Shown: piece by piece, positions 1 through 13,423 of the stretch
Position numbering within the stretch: position 1 is the stretch's first letter
Layout: every line of letters begins with the position of its first letter
From: Octopus sinensis
Lineage: Eukaryota
DNA length: 64,000 nt
Reading direction: 5' to 3'
NCBI RefSeq assembly: GCF_006345805.1
Contig: NC_042997.1
Location: 184,326,001-184,390,000, forward strand
Made by a program: the position numbers and the translations under genes
Notes under the pieces: generated by a model
What the model was told of the DNA's origin: nothing
Seen by the model: the letters and a program-made list of their open reading frames with translations, nothing else
Database searches by the model: none

Positions 1-136
1 TGGCCTCATGGAGCTGACCATGGCAGCGATTATTCTTATATCTATAAGAATGCCATATTAATATGGCGATAACAATTAATTTCCAGTAAACGCTGCTGTA
101 ATCTCTTTTATAGAGACTTAGTAATTTTAATATTTC

Positions 137-189
<53 letters not shown>

Positions 190-491
190 TATATACACAC
201 ATACATGTACATGCCTACATATATATGTATATATACATGCATTTATGGGTACAGAGCGTCCAAAAAACGTGAACAAAATGAGAAACGAGAACATAAAAAC
301 AAAACCATGGAAAACGAACTTTTTTCGAACACCGAAAGTAACAAATAGAGAAACGAGACAGGCAACATAAAGAACATTCCTTTCATCAGTTGTCCCTTTT
401 TTATCTTGTGCAAAGATGTATCGCCATTTGCCTTTCCCTTGGATAACATTAGTGGTGAGGAGAGGGAGGCTGGTATGCATGGGAAACTGCT

Positions 492-546
<55 letters not shown>

Positions 547-604
547 TATATATTATATATATATATATAATATGTATATATATATATAATATATATTATA
601 TAAT

Positions 605-636
<32 letters not shown>

Positions 637-760
637 CATATATATATATTATATATATATTATATATATATGTAGAAGTTTGAAAAGGAACACAAGAGTT
701 GATATATATATGGAAAAAGCCAAGGTAGTAAATACTAAAATACTTTTATAAAAAACATTT

Positions 761-797
761 CAGCACCGGTTTCGGTCGTTGAGACTTTTTCAACAAT
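761..797 (-). ncRNA. Decayed minimal hammerhead-like motif (U3/A8 core family, relative of 40410-40447)
   Basis: Minus strand reads TTG-TTGAAAA-AGTC-TCAAC-GACC-GAAAC-CG-GTG-CTG. It has the same layout as the cleaner copy at 40410, but stem I and the cleavage triplet are mutated. Confidence 0.4.
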
Positions 798-800
798 AAG

Positions 801-844
<44 letters not shown>

Positions 845-877
845 ATATATATATATATATAAAGAACAATGCATACA

Positions 878-1155
878 TATTCTGTTTCGTCTGCGGAGTC
901 ATTCTCTTTTAGTGCCTTATAATTTAACACACTCACCGATAAAATTTCCACTTTTTTCTTTTATTATTTTTCTAAAATTTTCGTTGCGTCTTACAACCAT
1001 TTCAATAGTTTTGACTCTCAAAACTATTGAAAAGGTTGCAAGACACAACAAAAATTTTAGAAAAATAAAAAAGAAATAAGTGGAAATTTTACCGGTGAGT
1101 GTGTTAAGTTATAAAGCACTAAAAGAGAATGACTCTCCCCAGACACAACAGAATA
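878..1155. repeat. Fold-back palindrome (about 137-bp arms, 3-nt loop), probably derived from a Penelope-like pLTR
   Basis: Centre is CAATAGTTTTGA-CTC-TCAAAACTATTG. Arms 878-1014 and 1018-1155 are reverse complements with scattered mismatches. The same sequence occurs unfolded at about 12450-12595. Confidence 0.85.
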
Positions 1156-1240
1156 TACTTCAACACAGGAACTTACAAAATGAATCTTGCAAACCAAATC
1201 CGAAAACGAAATACATACATACATACATACATACATACAT

Positions 1241-1312
<72 letters not shown>

Positions 1313-1353
1313 ATGTGTGTGAATATATCTATGAACATATGTATTATTATATA

Positions 1354-1411
<58 letters not shown>

Positions 1412-2435
1412 TAGAGATTGAAGTTGAGAGGGACGTTACTCTTCTATTTAAACTGTTGTAAAATTTATCATTAATTTGTACTGTATGTCTCGCAAAAAAT
1501 AAATAAAAAATATAAAACATTTTTTATTAAAATTCTTTGTGCTCCACCCACATCGATATAAAATATGAAATAAAATCGCAAATATAAAGGCATTAACAAT
1601 CTTATATCTTCATCCCCTCCCTAATTTCGCTTTTGTCTGTCTCACTTCTTTCCCCGCCAACTCTAGCGTCAGATAGGAATGAATGAAAAAATACATCATG
1701 CAATCAAATCAAAAAACTCTAAGCGAAAACATTGAAAAAGGAACATAAATAATAATAAAAAAAACAACTGAAAGTCTCTCCCCCACCGTAAAGCTCCCAA
1801 CATCTCATTGTTCTCTTCACCACAGAAAAAATAGGCAAATGAAAATATAAAAAAAGTAACATAAGGTATATAGAGTTTAATGGAAAATAAATTATAGAAA
1901 CTAAAAAATAACAAATCAAAAAATGATTTACTTTAGTAATCGTACGGCTGGAGTATTGATAATTTGAATAAATTGAATTAAGAAACGGGTTTGCCAACGA
2001 CTCATATTGCTTTTGTGGATTTATACAGAAAGGTACTTAAGAATTCAATCATTTTATCAACATTTGCTCAATACGTTTGACAGCGGTGAATCAGAAGCGG
2101 ATGTGGTTATCCACTTCCTGTAGAAATAAATGCTATTTTCTAATGTTTTAGCAAGTTAGTTTATTGAATATAGGAAACAATTAAGATGCATTAATGAAAT
2201 ACTGTTTGTACTTTTAAAAATACCATTATCGATTTATTGTTTTTGTTCTTTGTTCGTCTTCCCATCACATCATTGCGATGACTTTTATTGTGAATAAGCA
2301 ATAATTGCATTTAGGAGGAAACCAAATAAATATTTATACACACACCCTCACACGTACATAATACACACACACACACACACACACATATATATGTATGTAA
2401 GTATATATGCATAATGTATGTGGTGTATGTATATG

Positions 2436-2467
<32 letters not shown>

Positions 2468-2500
2468 ATATAAGTATATATATATATATATATATATATA

Positions 2501-2579
<79 letters not shown>

Positions 2580-2659
2580 CACATACATATATACTGGAGC
2601 AAACACATATATGCGAAACCAGGCGGGAAAAATAGTACTCGAATATCAGCGGTAGAGTG

Positions 2660-2703
<44 letters not shown>

Positions 2704-3489
2704 CATATACATATGAATACATGAATGTATATATATATAGCACTTTGGGTGTATCATATTCATAAATACATGCATACATACATATATACATGTATGTATA
2801 TATATACACGACTCTGCCCAAATACAATGGTATATGTATATATATATATATATATATATGACTTTGACGCGATACAATGGTATATATATATATATATGCA
2901 CATATGCACATAGAAATTCATCAACAAATATATACAACAACAAATCTATGAAATATGTACACAGAAAATTAAGCATAATATAGTTTTACCTCTGTATGTA
3001 GCTTCCTGTAATATAACGAACCAATTTTATTTCAGATCAATATATAGGAATATTTCAATAAATTGGTAATTTTGCGCTTAGTTTAGTTCCCTTTTATTAA
3101 AAGACTAAACAGTAAACGAAACCGACATCCTCATATTTGATTGCTTAAAAACCACGTATTTGAACTTCCTTTTTTTTTTCTTCTTTGTAAACATCTAATT
3201 TGTCTAAATTTTGCTTTGAAAATATTTCTACTATTTACTTGTTTCAGCCATTGGGCCGCAGCTATGCTGGGGGTACCGCTTTGAAAGGTTTAGTCGAACA
3301 AATCGACTCCAGTACTTACGTTTGTTTGCTTTTTTTTAAAATCTGGTGCTTATTCCATCGGTCTCTCATTGACCACCGAACCGCTATGTTACGGGGGCGT
3401 TAACTGACCGACACCAGTTGTCAAGCGGTGGCGGGTACAAACACAAAGACACACGCATACACAAACATACACGTATATGTGTATATATT

Positions 3490-3720
3490 TCTCTTTTACT
3501 CTTTTACTTGATTCAGTCATTTGACTGTGGCCATGCTGGAGTACCGCCTTTAGTCGAGCAAATCGACCCCAAAACTTATTCTTTGTAAGCCTAGCACTTA
3601 TTCTATCGGTATCTTTTGCCGCACCGCTAAGTTACGGGGACGTAAAGGCACCAGCATCGGTTGTCAAGCGATGTTGGGGGGACAAGCACATATACACAAA
3701 CATACACACACATATATGTA
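3490..3720 (-). mobile_element. tRNA-derived SINE family A, 3' half
   Basis: Matches full copies at 28912, 39367, 47920 and 56088 (CTCTTTTACTTG..CAGTCATTTGACTG..GGCCATGCTGGAG..CCGCCTTTAGTCGAGCAAATCGACCCC). Confidence 0.8.
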
Positions 3721-3749
3721 TATATATACATATATGTGTGTATATATGC

Positions 3750-4010
3750 TGCGGCATGGATTTGGTAGACGGAAACTGAAAGAAGCCCGCCGTGTACACA
3801 GACACGCACACACATATGCATGTGCATGTCGTGTCCGTGTTTTAGCCCACCATCGTTTGACAACCGGTGTCAGTGTGTTTACGCCCCCGTAACTTAGCTC
3901 TTCGACAAAGACACCGACAGAATAGTCGATTCGTTCGACTAAAATTCTTCAAGTCTGTGCCCCAGCATGACCACAATCTAATGACTGGAACAAATAAAAG
4001 ATAAAAGAAT
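3750..4010 (+). mobile_element. SINE family A, 3' half (opposite orientation to the neighbouring copy)
   Basis: GGATTTGGTAGACGGAAACTGAAAGAAGCCCG through ATGACTGGAACAAATAAAAG. Confidence 0.75.
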
Positions 4011-5053
4011 GACGCACTGTGGTCGCTTGAACATTCTATATTAAAAAGATTAAAATAAAATCAAAGTTAAAAAAACAGAATGTTTGGATCAACGATGTGT
4101 TTAGATTATAATGCAGAAAGCCCCTTCATAAAATGTCTAAAGAGTTTCTATACACCAAATTTATTTATTTATGCAATACATAACATCTTTCATAATTATC
4201 CACATTCAGTTGTTGTCCGTCCCTCAACATTAGACAACCTGTTGTTAGGTTTATTTATAGACAACAAAATGGCTGGTGTGCTAACAACGGAATGTGTACA
4301 TGGTCGCTCGGCTTTCTAGAAATGGCAAACGAATTTCCCTCAAATGAGAACCTATATTCTCTTATAGAATTAACAGCACATAGTTTCATGTTTTCTTGGA
4401 CCTATTTCTGAATGCAAAAAAGAAAAAGAAAAATCCATCCGGAGGGTCTGCTCAAACTGAGAAGACATGTGCTAAACAACTTTAAAAACAAGAAGAGTAA
4501 CAACACTAGCAGCAATAACCATTAGTAGTAGAAGATGAAGAACAACAACAATTACACTAACTACAACAACAAAAGCAACAACAGTAATGACTAATAATAA
4601 TGCACAATATTTGCAACCAATTGTTAACGGCAGTATGTAAACTACAGTATCTTTCTTTTTTAGTTATTTAAGAGTATGTACGACCCTGCTTGCTTAAAGA
4701 AAGTCTGACCCCCTTACGAACATAATATTTATTATCCGGTAGTTAAAACAGCGTAGTGGACAAAAAATTCTACACTAAAATACAGAATATTCTCGTAAAT
4801 TATTTTCGAAGCGAATGGATTACAATAAAATAATATGGTGGAACATAAATGTAATGTTACTGATAATGATTCCAGTCTGAATCAATATGTTCATTCAGTT
4901 ACGGATTGCATTCTCCCTTGGATAATGAACAAATATTTTTTTAATAGCTAGACTAAATACGAATTTATGTGTTAAATTTATTAACCAAAACTGTGTATAA
5001 TGTTTTCCACAATGTTCATCGATTGATTGCTATTCAATTTTAACGAATAAAAT

Positions 5054-5487
5054 GGATCTTTTCGGTTTGAACGTCAGTTTTTTCTAGCGGTGTCATATGA
5101 AATTGTCACCCATAATTATGACCCTAGTATCGATCTATTGCATTTCAATCTGTTTTACGGTTAGGGTTAGTAAGGGTTAGGGTTAAGGGTAGAGGGAAGG
5201 GTATCTTTTTTTCTTCACAAATGTAAATAAACCCAATCTGTTTCTTAAACGAGGGACATATTCATACGGCACAGAATGTTTTTTTACCTCAATAGACGTC
5301 GGTGATTTCTTGAAATTGCAGAAATTGAAGAATAGAAACAACAAATATCTTACAAACTATAGAATTTTCTCAATAAAGCAAAGAGAAAAACATGTTTTAT
5401 AAGCACATTCTACCAGTATACGAAGTTTAAAATTTTTTAGTTACCTAGAAATTATGTTAGAAACTGCCGTTCAAACCGAAAAGATCC
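5054..5487. mobile_element. MITE with about 27-bp TIRs, 8-bp TSD and an internal TTAGGG-like patch
   Basis: Ends are GGATCTTTTCGGTTTGAACGTCAGTTT and AAACTGCCGTTCAAACCGAAAAGATCC. AATAAAAT flanks both sides (5046-5053, 5488-5495). An 8-bp TSD is hAT-like. Confidence 0.8.
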
Positions 5488-5749
5488 AATAAAATTAATT
5501 GAAGTTTCATTGATTGTGATAACTATACAGTGCCTGAATGGATATCTAATGTTTAAGGTATATCAAACATGCTTAGTTTCATTGTTGACAGATCGCTTTT
5601 TTTAAAAACTTATTGAAGTTGCTATAACATAAAACTATAGATGAACAAATTAAACAAACTGTATTATACTCTCACTAACCCTTCATATGTATACCCTCCC
5701 TAACATTATATATGTACTCGTATCTGAGTTGATTTAATTTAAAAATGAG

Positions 5750-6480
5750 TATGATATCGTATCTGATATATATGCTAGAAGGGACGGCATAGAGCAATAA
5801 GCAACTGGCTATATACTTCTTGTCGTAAAAGGGTTTTAGTTATATTAAAGTTTCCTTTAACTTTATCGCTTTAACTTTAAATTAATCGATAAAAATACAA
5901 TCTGGTCTTCTTTACTTTCAAATTGTAAAAATAAACCACACAATGGTTAATATATTCATGTAGGTTTGGTAATTGTTGGAATGTTGAATTTAGTTTCTAC
6001 CTCTTTTAATGTTAGAGGAGGAAGTACAGTGCACAAACTATTTCCAGGGAAAATGGTTAGGGGAGGAAATTTTAAACACTGCAGCTAGGGTATTGTATTC
6101 TTTCTCCAATTGATAGTAAAATGTAAATTAACTTATAATCATTGCCTACGGTATTTAATACAGGGCCTTTATCATAATTACCCAACTTAAGGTCGTAGGT
6201 TTATTTGAAGTATTTCACTTTGCACATTTTATTTTTGATTATGAAAATTATACTAGCCAAAAATAGTTCAGAACTCTTTTTCTGTTTGTAAAATTCTCTT
6301 GATTTGTTACACCCTGCTGATGAAGGACACATATCCACAGTGTTCTTTAGATGCACAAAAGGATCTGCTTTTCTTTTAAAATGTAGAGGTACTTTGAAAG
6401 ATTAATTCCTAATTTATCTAATTATCACCCTTTTCTTTGTGAATCGCTAACAATAGATGTTAAATTTTCGTTTTCTTTTG
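5750..6480 (+). mobile_element. Possible heavily decayed Penelope-like 3' end
   Basis: Stop-ridden translation ends in ...KNSSELFFC, weakly resembling the LNSRSEL..C tail of Penelope GIY-YIG ORFs. It is followed by CTGATGA-AGGACAC-loop-GTGTTCT at about 6317, a hammerhead 5' core and stem II with the GAAA lost. Confidence 0.3.
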
Positions 6481-7157
6481 GCGACTGAGAGGCAAATTTC
6501 AATTAATTAAAACTGTTTTTGCATGTCATTCAGTACAAAACCACCAGCTAGAATTAATTCTATAGTAGGTAATTTTGAAGAAAAGTATTTCAGAAGATGT
6601 ATTCACGACACATTCAAACACAGTAAAGAAAAGCTTAAATTTATTGACAATTTCTAAATATATTTTTATTCTCTAAGCACTAGATTTTACACCTATCCAG
6701 CTGAATTGGCGTGCTTCGCGAGAATTCTTGACAGAATTTTGCGTTCAAAATTTCACATTAGTTTTTCAATAACGTAAAAAACTATACCTGCAAATGTTCT
6801 AGAAAAATTCTTGTGAATGCTTTCACATTTTTATAATTCTTTGTAAACTCCATATTAGCTTTTGTTCAATTTTATATGTATATATTTTTCCTACATTGGT
6901 AAGCGCCGCAAAATTATTTTTTTTGTGACCCACATAGATCCATTTGTATGTAAGAAAGCTGTTAACTATATGATCAATGTTCTAAAGGTATGGAATGTAA
7001 CACCGAAAGTAGAAAATCATATTTTAAATACAGCTTTGAATAAATATGTGAGTGTTCGGTATACATACATACACACACATACATACACACATACATACTT
7101 ACATACTTACATTCATAAATACATACATACACACAATACTTACATACATATATATGT

Positions 7158-7217
<60 letters not shown>

Positions 7218-7386
7218 TTACCTCTCCCTATATATATACACATACATACATACATACATACATACATACATACATACATACATACATACATACATACATA
7301 CATACACACACACACATATATATGGCTGAAATTTACAGAAAAACAAAAAAGACGAATCAGTTTGATGCTCGGGAAAGTGAGAAAGT

Positions 7387-7422
7387 CTTTTACGTTTCGA
7401 GCCTACGCTCTTCAACAGAAAG
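7387..7422 (-). ncRNA. Minimal hammerhead-like motif with A6U core variant
   Basis: Minus strand reads CTTT-CTGTTGA-A-GAGC-GTAG-GCTC-GAAAC-GTA-AAAG: 4-bp stem I, 4-bp stem II, palindromic ACGT stem III and a GUA triplet. Confidence 0.5.
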
Positions 7423-8019
7423 GAATAAGAGAAAATAAACAGAGAATTAAAAAATAAACTTGTAAGTTTAGCGATCAAGCATGGCGACTGGTTGTGAAAA
7501 AAGGGGTTTGACAGGTGAGGTAGAAACAACAGGAGATAATAAAGTACTGGTGATCCCAAAACGAAGCTGCGCGTGCGTTCGTGTATGTAAGAATGTGTAA
7601 GTGTGTGTGTGTGGATAGGAGCCAATGACTTTGACGTGAGGATGTGTGCGTGCGTGTGTACATCTGAAATGTGTGGGTGTGTGGGTGATGGTGTGCTAGT
7701 GTGTGTGGAATGGTGGCGCGTGGTATGTGTTAGTGTGTGGTGTGGGGTGTTGAGGTGGATGTATGGGGGTAGGGATCGGATATGTGAGAGTGGTGTGTGT
7801 GGGTGTGGGTGTGGGTATGGGTGGAGAGGTGTTTATATATATACATATACATATGTTTCTAATTTCTTGTAGAAGAGCGTGCACTCGAAACGTTAAAAGG
7901 TTGTTCCAGTTTTCCTGAGCGTCTAACTAATACACCTTGTTTATTGTTCCCTCACTTGTTTCTGTTTTTCATTTTTGCCTTTTGTATGATTTTGAACAAC
8001 ACACATACGCATACACACA

Positions 8020-8058
<39 letters not shown>

Positions 8059-8077
8059 GTATGTATGTATATATGTA

Positions 8078-8590
8078 CAGGGTATGTCAGACATTTGAGG
8101 TCATTTGTAGAAATTTGGAAAAAGACGTACAACTTACCAAAAAAAAATCTGTATTTGAAAACAAATTGGTACAATTAATCTTGATAATCCTTTTATCACA
8201 TCTATTAAATGAATCTACCGTTAGCACTAATAGCTGCTTCAATATGGAGTCAGAAGCGTTGTCATGCCCGAATCAGATGATATTTATCAAATTTGAACAT
8301 CGTGATGGTTATGGCTGATTTAAGAGATTGTATGGTGTTATGGGAATGTTGACAAGCCTCACACTCATGTATGCCCCATAGGTAATATTTTAGTGGATTG
8401 AATTCTGGTGAGCTAGGAAGCCTTGTGTTTGGGAGAACATGACCAAGGAGATTGGCACGCGTCAATGTTTGGGTTGTCTTAGCCTTATGAGACGGCGCAA
8501 AGTCTGGTTGGAAGACGAACGACCTTCTGTTGAGTTCTCTGTTTACAACTCTCTCCAAAAATTTTGTGTAGACAACGGCATTTACTCTAA
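8078..8590 (-). mobile_element. DD37D (maT-type) Tc1/mariner transposon, 3' fragment with one TIR
   Basis: ORF 8262..8612 reads FVFQPDFAPSHKAK...SSPEFNPLKYYLWG, with 37 residues between the D and the position of the third catalytic residue (here K). TA-CAGGGTATGTCAGACATTTGAGG at 8076-8100 resembles the TIR of the 14490 element. Confidence 0.85.
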
Positions 8591-8816
8591 AAACATACAT
8601 ACATAGATGCATGCATACATAAATTCATAAAACGTACATGTATATATATATATAATATATATATATTATATAATATATATATATATATATATAGATATAT
8701 ATATATATATATATATGTACACACACACACACAACAATTCATCATACACATATATAATTTTTCCAGAATGAGATAAAAAACCAAAGCTGTGAAGACTTTA
8801 GAACATTTATAAATAG

Positions 8817-8864
8817 GTCTTACAGCTGTTTACAGGATATTTAATATATCCCTTCATCGGAGAC
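8817..8864 (-). ncRNA. Minimal hammerhead-like motif with U4C core (pLTR repeat)
   Basis: Minus strand reads GTCT-CCGATGA-A-GGGATAT-ATTAA-ATATCCT-GTAAAC-AGCT-GTA-AGAC. It is the sister of 12066-12113, and the flanking repeat (about 8770-8910) matches about 12020-12170. Confidence 0.45.
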
Positions 8865-9042
8865 GGTGTGAGAAAATGGTTAAACAATAGTTAATTTAGA
8901 TAAGATACGAAATAGAGAATGAAGTGGAGGAATGAAAATAGATGTGAGATATGCAGGGATATCCATAGCACTTACTCAGCATTACCTGATACCATTGGGT
9001 CTTATTGACATCATTACCTCTCATAATCTCTACATACACATA

Positions 9043-9089
<47 letters not shown>

Positions 9090-9288
9090 TTACATACGTA
9101 CACATGCACATATATATATGATCATTATTGTAAACTCTACAGACACTGAGACTCAATACTACGAGTTCTTTATTCATAATGGCCTAATCGTGTTCCAATG
9201 AACAGATACGCCCAGGATCTCTCTCTCTCCACCTATCTGTCTCTCAATCCATTTATCTATCTATCTGTCTCTCAATCCATTTATTTAT

Positions 9289-9383
<95 letters not shown>

Positions 9384-9697
9384 ACTCTACCTTAACACAC
9401 ACACACACACAGACACGCACATACACATATATGCGTGACTGTATGTATGTATGTCTGTATGTGTGTGTATGTGTATAATTATAGCTGGTATTTCCTTTAG
9501 AGCAGAAGGAAACACAACGTAAGGTGATCAATACTTCAAGGAGAAGATATATTAATTTGTCTAATGATAAGTGACTATTATAAGATTAGCTCTGTTGCAT
9601 TTATGGAGAAATTGAGACAATTTCTTCCTGTTCTGTTAGGTGTGTGAGCATATATAACTATACATGCTCACATATGTGGTTAATCCTTAAACATATA

Positions 9698-9803
<106 letters not shown>

Positions 9804-9807
9804 ACAA

Positions 9808-9845
<38 letters not shown>

Positions 9846-10047
9846 TATATGTATTGTATATGTATATATATATATAAATATATATGTATATATGTATATA
9901 TATAAATATATATATTACTTGGAATATAAACAAATATACTAAAAAGATTAATGCAAATAAGAACATATAGATATGCTCACATAAACCATTTTTATCTGCA
10001 AATTAAATCTCTACATTTAAGTGTTTTAGTAAGTTTGTGACAGTAAA

Positions 10048-10084
<37 letters not shown>

Positions 10085-10088
10085 CACA

Positions 10089-10132
<44 letters not shown>

Positions 10133-10832
10133 CATACACACACACACATATACATATACATGTGTGCACGCAATCAGATATATACACACATACACCTGCG
10201 CATAGAATTAGCCCTACACCAACAGTTAATTATATATGCCGTAGCCAACAAGCTTCGACTTCCAAATGGCAATGTATGTTTATCTCTGTCGATTGATATT
10301 TTTCAACTACTCTGTAAGCCATAATGATTGTATGTCGTGACCGACAGTAATTGAAGAGACATTTTTTTTTCATTAATAATAGGACCGAATATTTTCGAAA
10401 CCAATACTGTTACCATAATTTTATTCCATCTCGAAGCAATCAAACATTATATTATTTGTTTTTAGCTATATTTTGAGGGGAATTATTTGTATTAAATTGT
10501 GCTTCTCCTTCTTCACCACCACAATGCAAAAAAAAAAAACAACAAAAAACAAAAACAAGTAAAAGACTGTAAAATGTTAGAAAGTAAAATAGATAAAAAA
10601 TATATCTCAAAACGACAAAAAAAAAAATGCGCCAGAAAATCTTTGGTGGAGAATATATTTTGTCGGAATGTACATTAAATGAGTAGGCTTTTATAAAATC
10701 TGTTTGTATGTATTTTTGCGAGAGAGTAATAAGTCTTGTGAACATGTCTTACAAAATGATTAATAGTTTTATGAATATAGATAGGAATTTAATTTTGAAT
10801 CTCGTTACTTTGCAGTTATATTATTATTATCA

Positions 10833-10903
<71 letters not shown>

Positions 10904-11918
10904 GTGAATATCTTCATCATCATTCTTATTGCTGTTATTTAACGCCGAAGCTGAATGTGTTTTCGAGGCATCATGAAGTTGTACTCTTTCTTCCTTTTTA
11001 GAAGCCTATTTTTTTTGTTGATTCAGTTGTTTTACTCCTGTTTGATTTAAACCAGAATCATAAAGGACCGATGAGCCATTTTGTTACTCGCTCTACCGAG
11101 CATAATTTCTTTAAAAAAAAAAGAAAATTTTTCCAAACAACTCCCATAAAATTTCGAATGCCATCATCATCTTTGTAATACTGTTACTAAGAGAGGACGG
11201 TTGGATAATGTGTAGAAGATGAAACAGTCTTTTGCAGTCGTCTCCCATCATACAATACTACAGCCGTAGTAGTTCGTAAAAGTAGTTGCAGCAACATCAG
11301 TAGCAACAGTATTTGTTAAAACAGCAACACCACCAGCAGCGACAGCTGTAGAAGCAACAGCTGCAGCAACAGTAGCACTACGTCCACGACCACGACTACG
11401 ACTACGACCACGACCACGAATACCACTACGACCACGACCACGAATGCCACTACGACCACGACCACGACCGCTGCTACCACTACCACTATTACCACTCATC
11501 ACCACCATGAAAAGCAAAAATGGCAACGACAATGATGTCCCCAACAACAGCAGCTGTAACAACAGTGAAAACTGAGAAACATATTTCTGCTGCCAAGATC
11601 ACAAACGTGTTCATCTCACTAGAACCACGCCAACAGACTAGAGAAGAGAAAATTTACACTCAGTACACCACAATATTATTTGGACCATTCGGATAGAAAA
11701 ACAATTTTGTACGGATGCTTATCAAGAGAAAATGGCACAAATTAGATCGTATGCCTTCAGATCAAGAAAGTTGGCAATTTCTAAATTTTTATTACGCCAA
11801 CAATGCACATCATTTCATTCCTTGCGCTTAAGTTAGCATTTTATCTCCCATGGGAGATCTGACAGAAATAAAAACTTTTAAACAATGTGAAGAGGGTAAT
11901 ATACTGATAATTAAGTGT

Positions 11919-12005
<87 letters not shown>

Positions 12006-12065
12006 TCTCTCTCTCTTTTCGTATCTTATCTAAATTAACTATTGCTTAACCATTTTTCTCACACC

Positions 12066-12113
12066 GTCTCCGATGAAGAAATATAATAAATATCCTGGAA
12101 ACAGCTGTAAGAC
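12066..12113 (+). ncRNA. Minimal hammerhead-like motif with U4C core (pLTR repeat)
   Basis: GTCT-CCGATGA-AGAAATAT-AATAA-ATATCCT-GGAAAC-AGCT-GTA-AGAC: palindromic ACAGCTGT stem III, GUA triplet and GTCT/AGAC stem I. Confidence 0.5.
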
Positions 12114-12219
12114 ATATTTATAAATGTTCTAAAATTTTCATAGCCTTGGTTTTTTTTATCTCATTCTGAAATTTTTTATACACACACACACACGCACTCA
12201 CACACACACACACACACAT

Positions 12220-12251
<32 letters not shown>

Positions 12252-13423
12252 TTACATCTACATTTTAGGCCTTGGTAGGGTATAAAGATAGGATATTTCC
12301 AGAGAAGTATTCAGCCCGAGGTCTGGGCTATTAATACTGTCGGATCCCAGACTAATACCGAAATTCTTCAAGTGTATAAAATCCTGGTTTTAGGATGGCA
12401 AAACAGTTGTGGCGAATAATAAACTATAATCCAAATAATAAAAAGACAAAGAGAGTCAAAACTATTGAAAAGGTTGCAAGACGCAACGAAAGTTTTATGA
12501 AAATAAAAATAAGAAAAAAGTAAAAATTTTACCGGTGAGTGTGTTATATTATAAGGCACAAAAAGAAAATGACTCTCCTCAGACACAACAGAAAAGGACA
12601 AACATCATATCTTTAGTGATTCGTTAAAATTGTTTCTGTATCAACTCTGCTTGCAATGCGAGTTTACACAATATTCGCAGTGAAAATTTACGTAATGTTT
12701 GCGGTTTTAGATTTTAGAGGGGCATCTCATCAGACTTGCGTCAAAGGTGCACTCCTACATTGTGCGTTTTCAAGGAAGTAAAAAGTAAATAAAAAATAAA
12801 AATATGGTTAAGGGATGGATAATCAACATAGAGATCATGTGGGATGGATGACGAGGAAGAAGAATACAAAGGAGAAAATAAGAAAAGAAACAAAGGGATT
12901 GTATATATATATATATATATATAATATATATATATATAGGATAAAATTTTTATAAGAATTTATCAAGTAGTCAGCGTGAAAAGCCTCATATGGGAAAAAT
13001 TATTAATTATTCCTTTTAAATATATTTATTTATATTAAGGGCATTACTATACATCAATGCCTCACGCTACGAGGGACTCATTTAAGTCAAAACTACCATA
13101 ATAAACACATTTTACCGAATGCACCTCTCGAAGTGAGCATCTTAAAAACGGATCCAGCCGCTGATCATGTGATTTCATTATTACTGCAAAAAATGCTCTT
13201 TTTAATCTTCAGTGCAGGCATAATCAAGGCACATAAAAAATGAACAAAAAAATCAACATACCAGACGAACATATATATAGATGGTAAAAAATAAGTTCAA
13301 AAGAGAACAATTCAATCTTTTTGAGAGGTCCAAAAAGAGTGAAAGAATAATTTTTAATAATGATTTATCATATTCATTAAAAAAAAAACACAGCCAGAGC
13401 AAGTAATAAAAATATGAAAATAG

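Noticed and set aside
139-3000. Many ORFs rich in YI/IY/CV/HT repeats (also at about 16000, 20130-22370, 28100, 40490, 48700, 58900-59800 and 62100-63900)
   Set aside because: They are translations of (TA)n, (CA)n, (TATC)n and (TATG)n microsatellites, which lack stop codons in several frames.
5159-5190. Interstitial telomere or chromosome-fusion scar
   Set aside because: Only a few imperfect units, enclosed in a TIR- and TSD-bounded MITE.
11248-11562. Minus-strand ORF that looks like a signal peptide plus an RG-rich domain
   Set aside because: It lies on a compound CAC/GAC/CAG triplet-derived tract, with no splice or family evidence.
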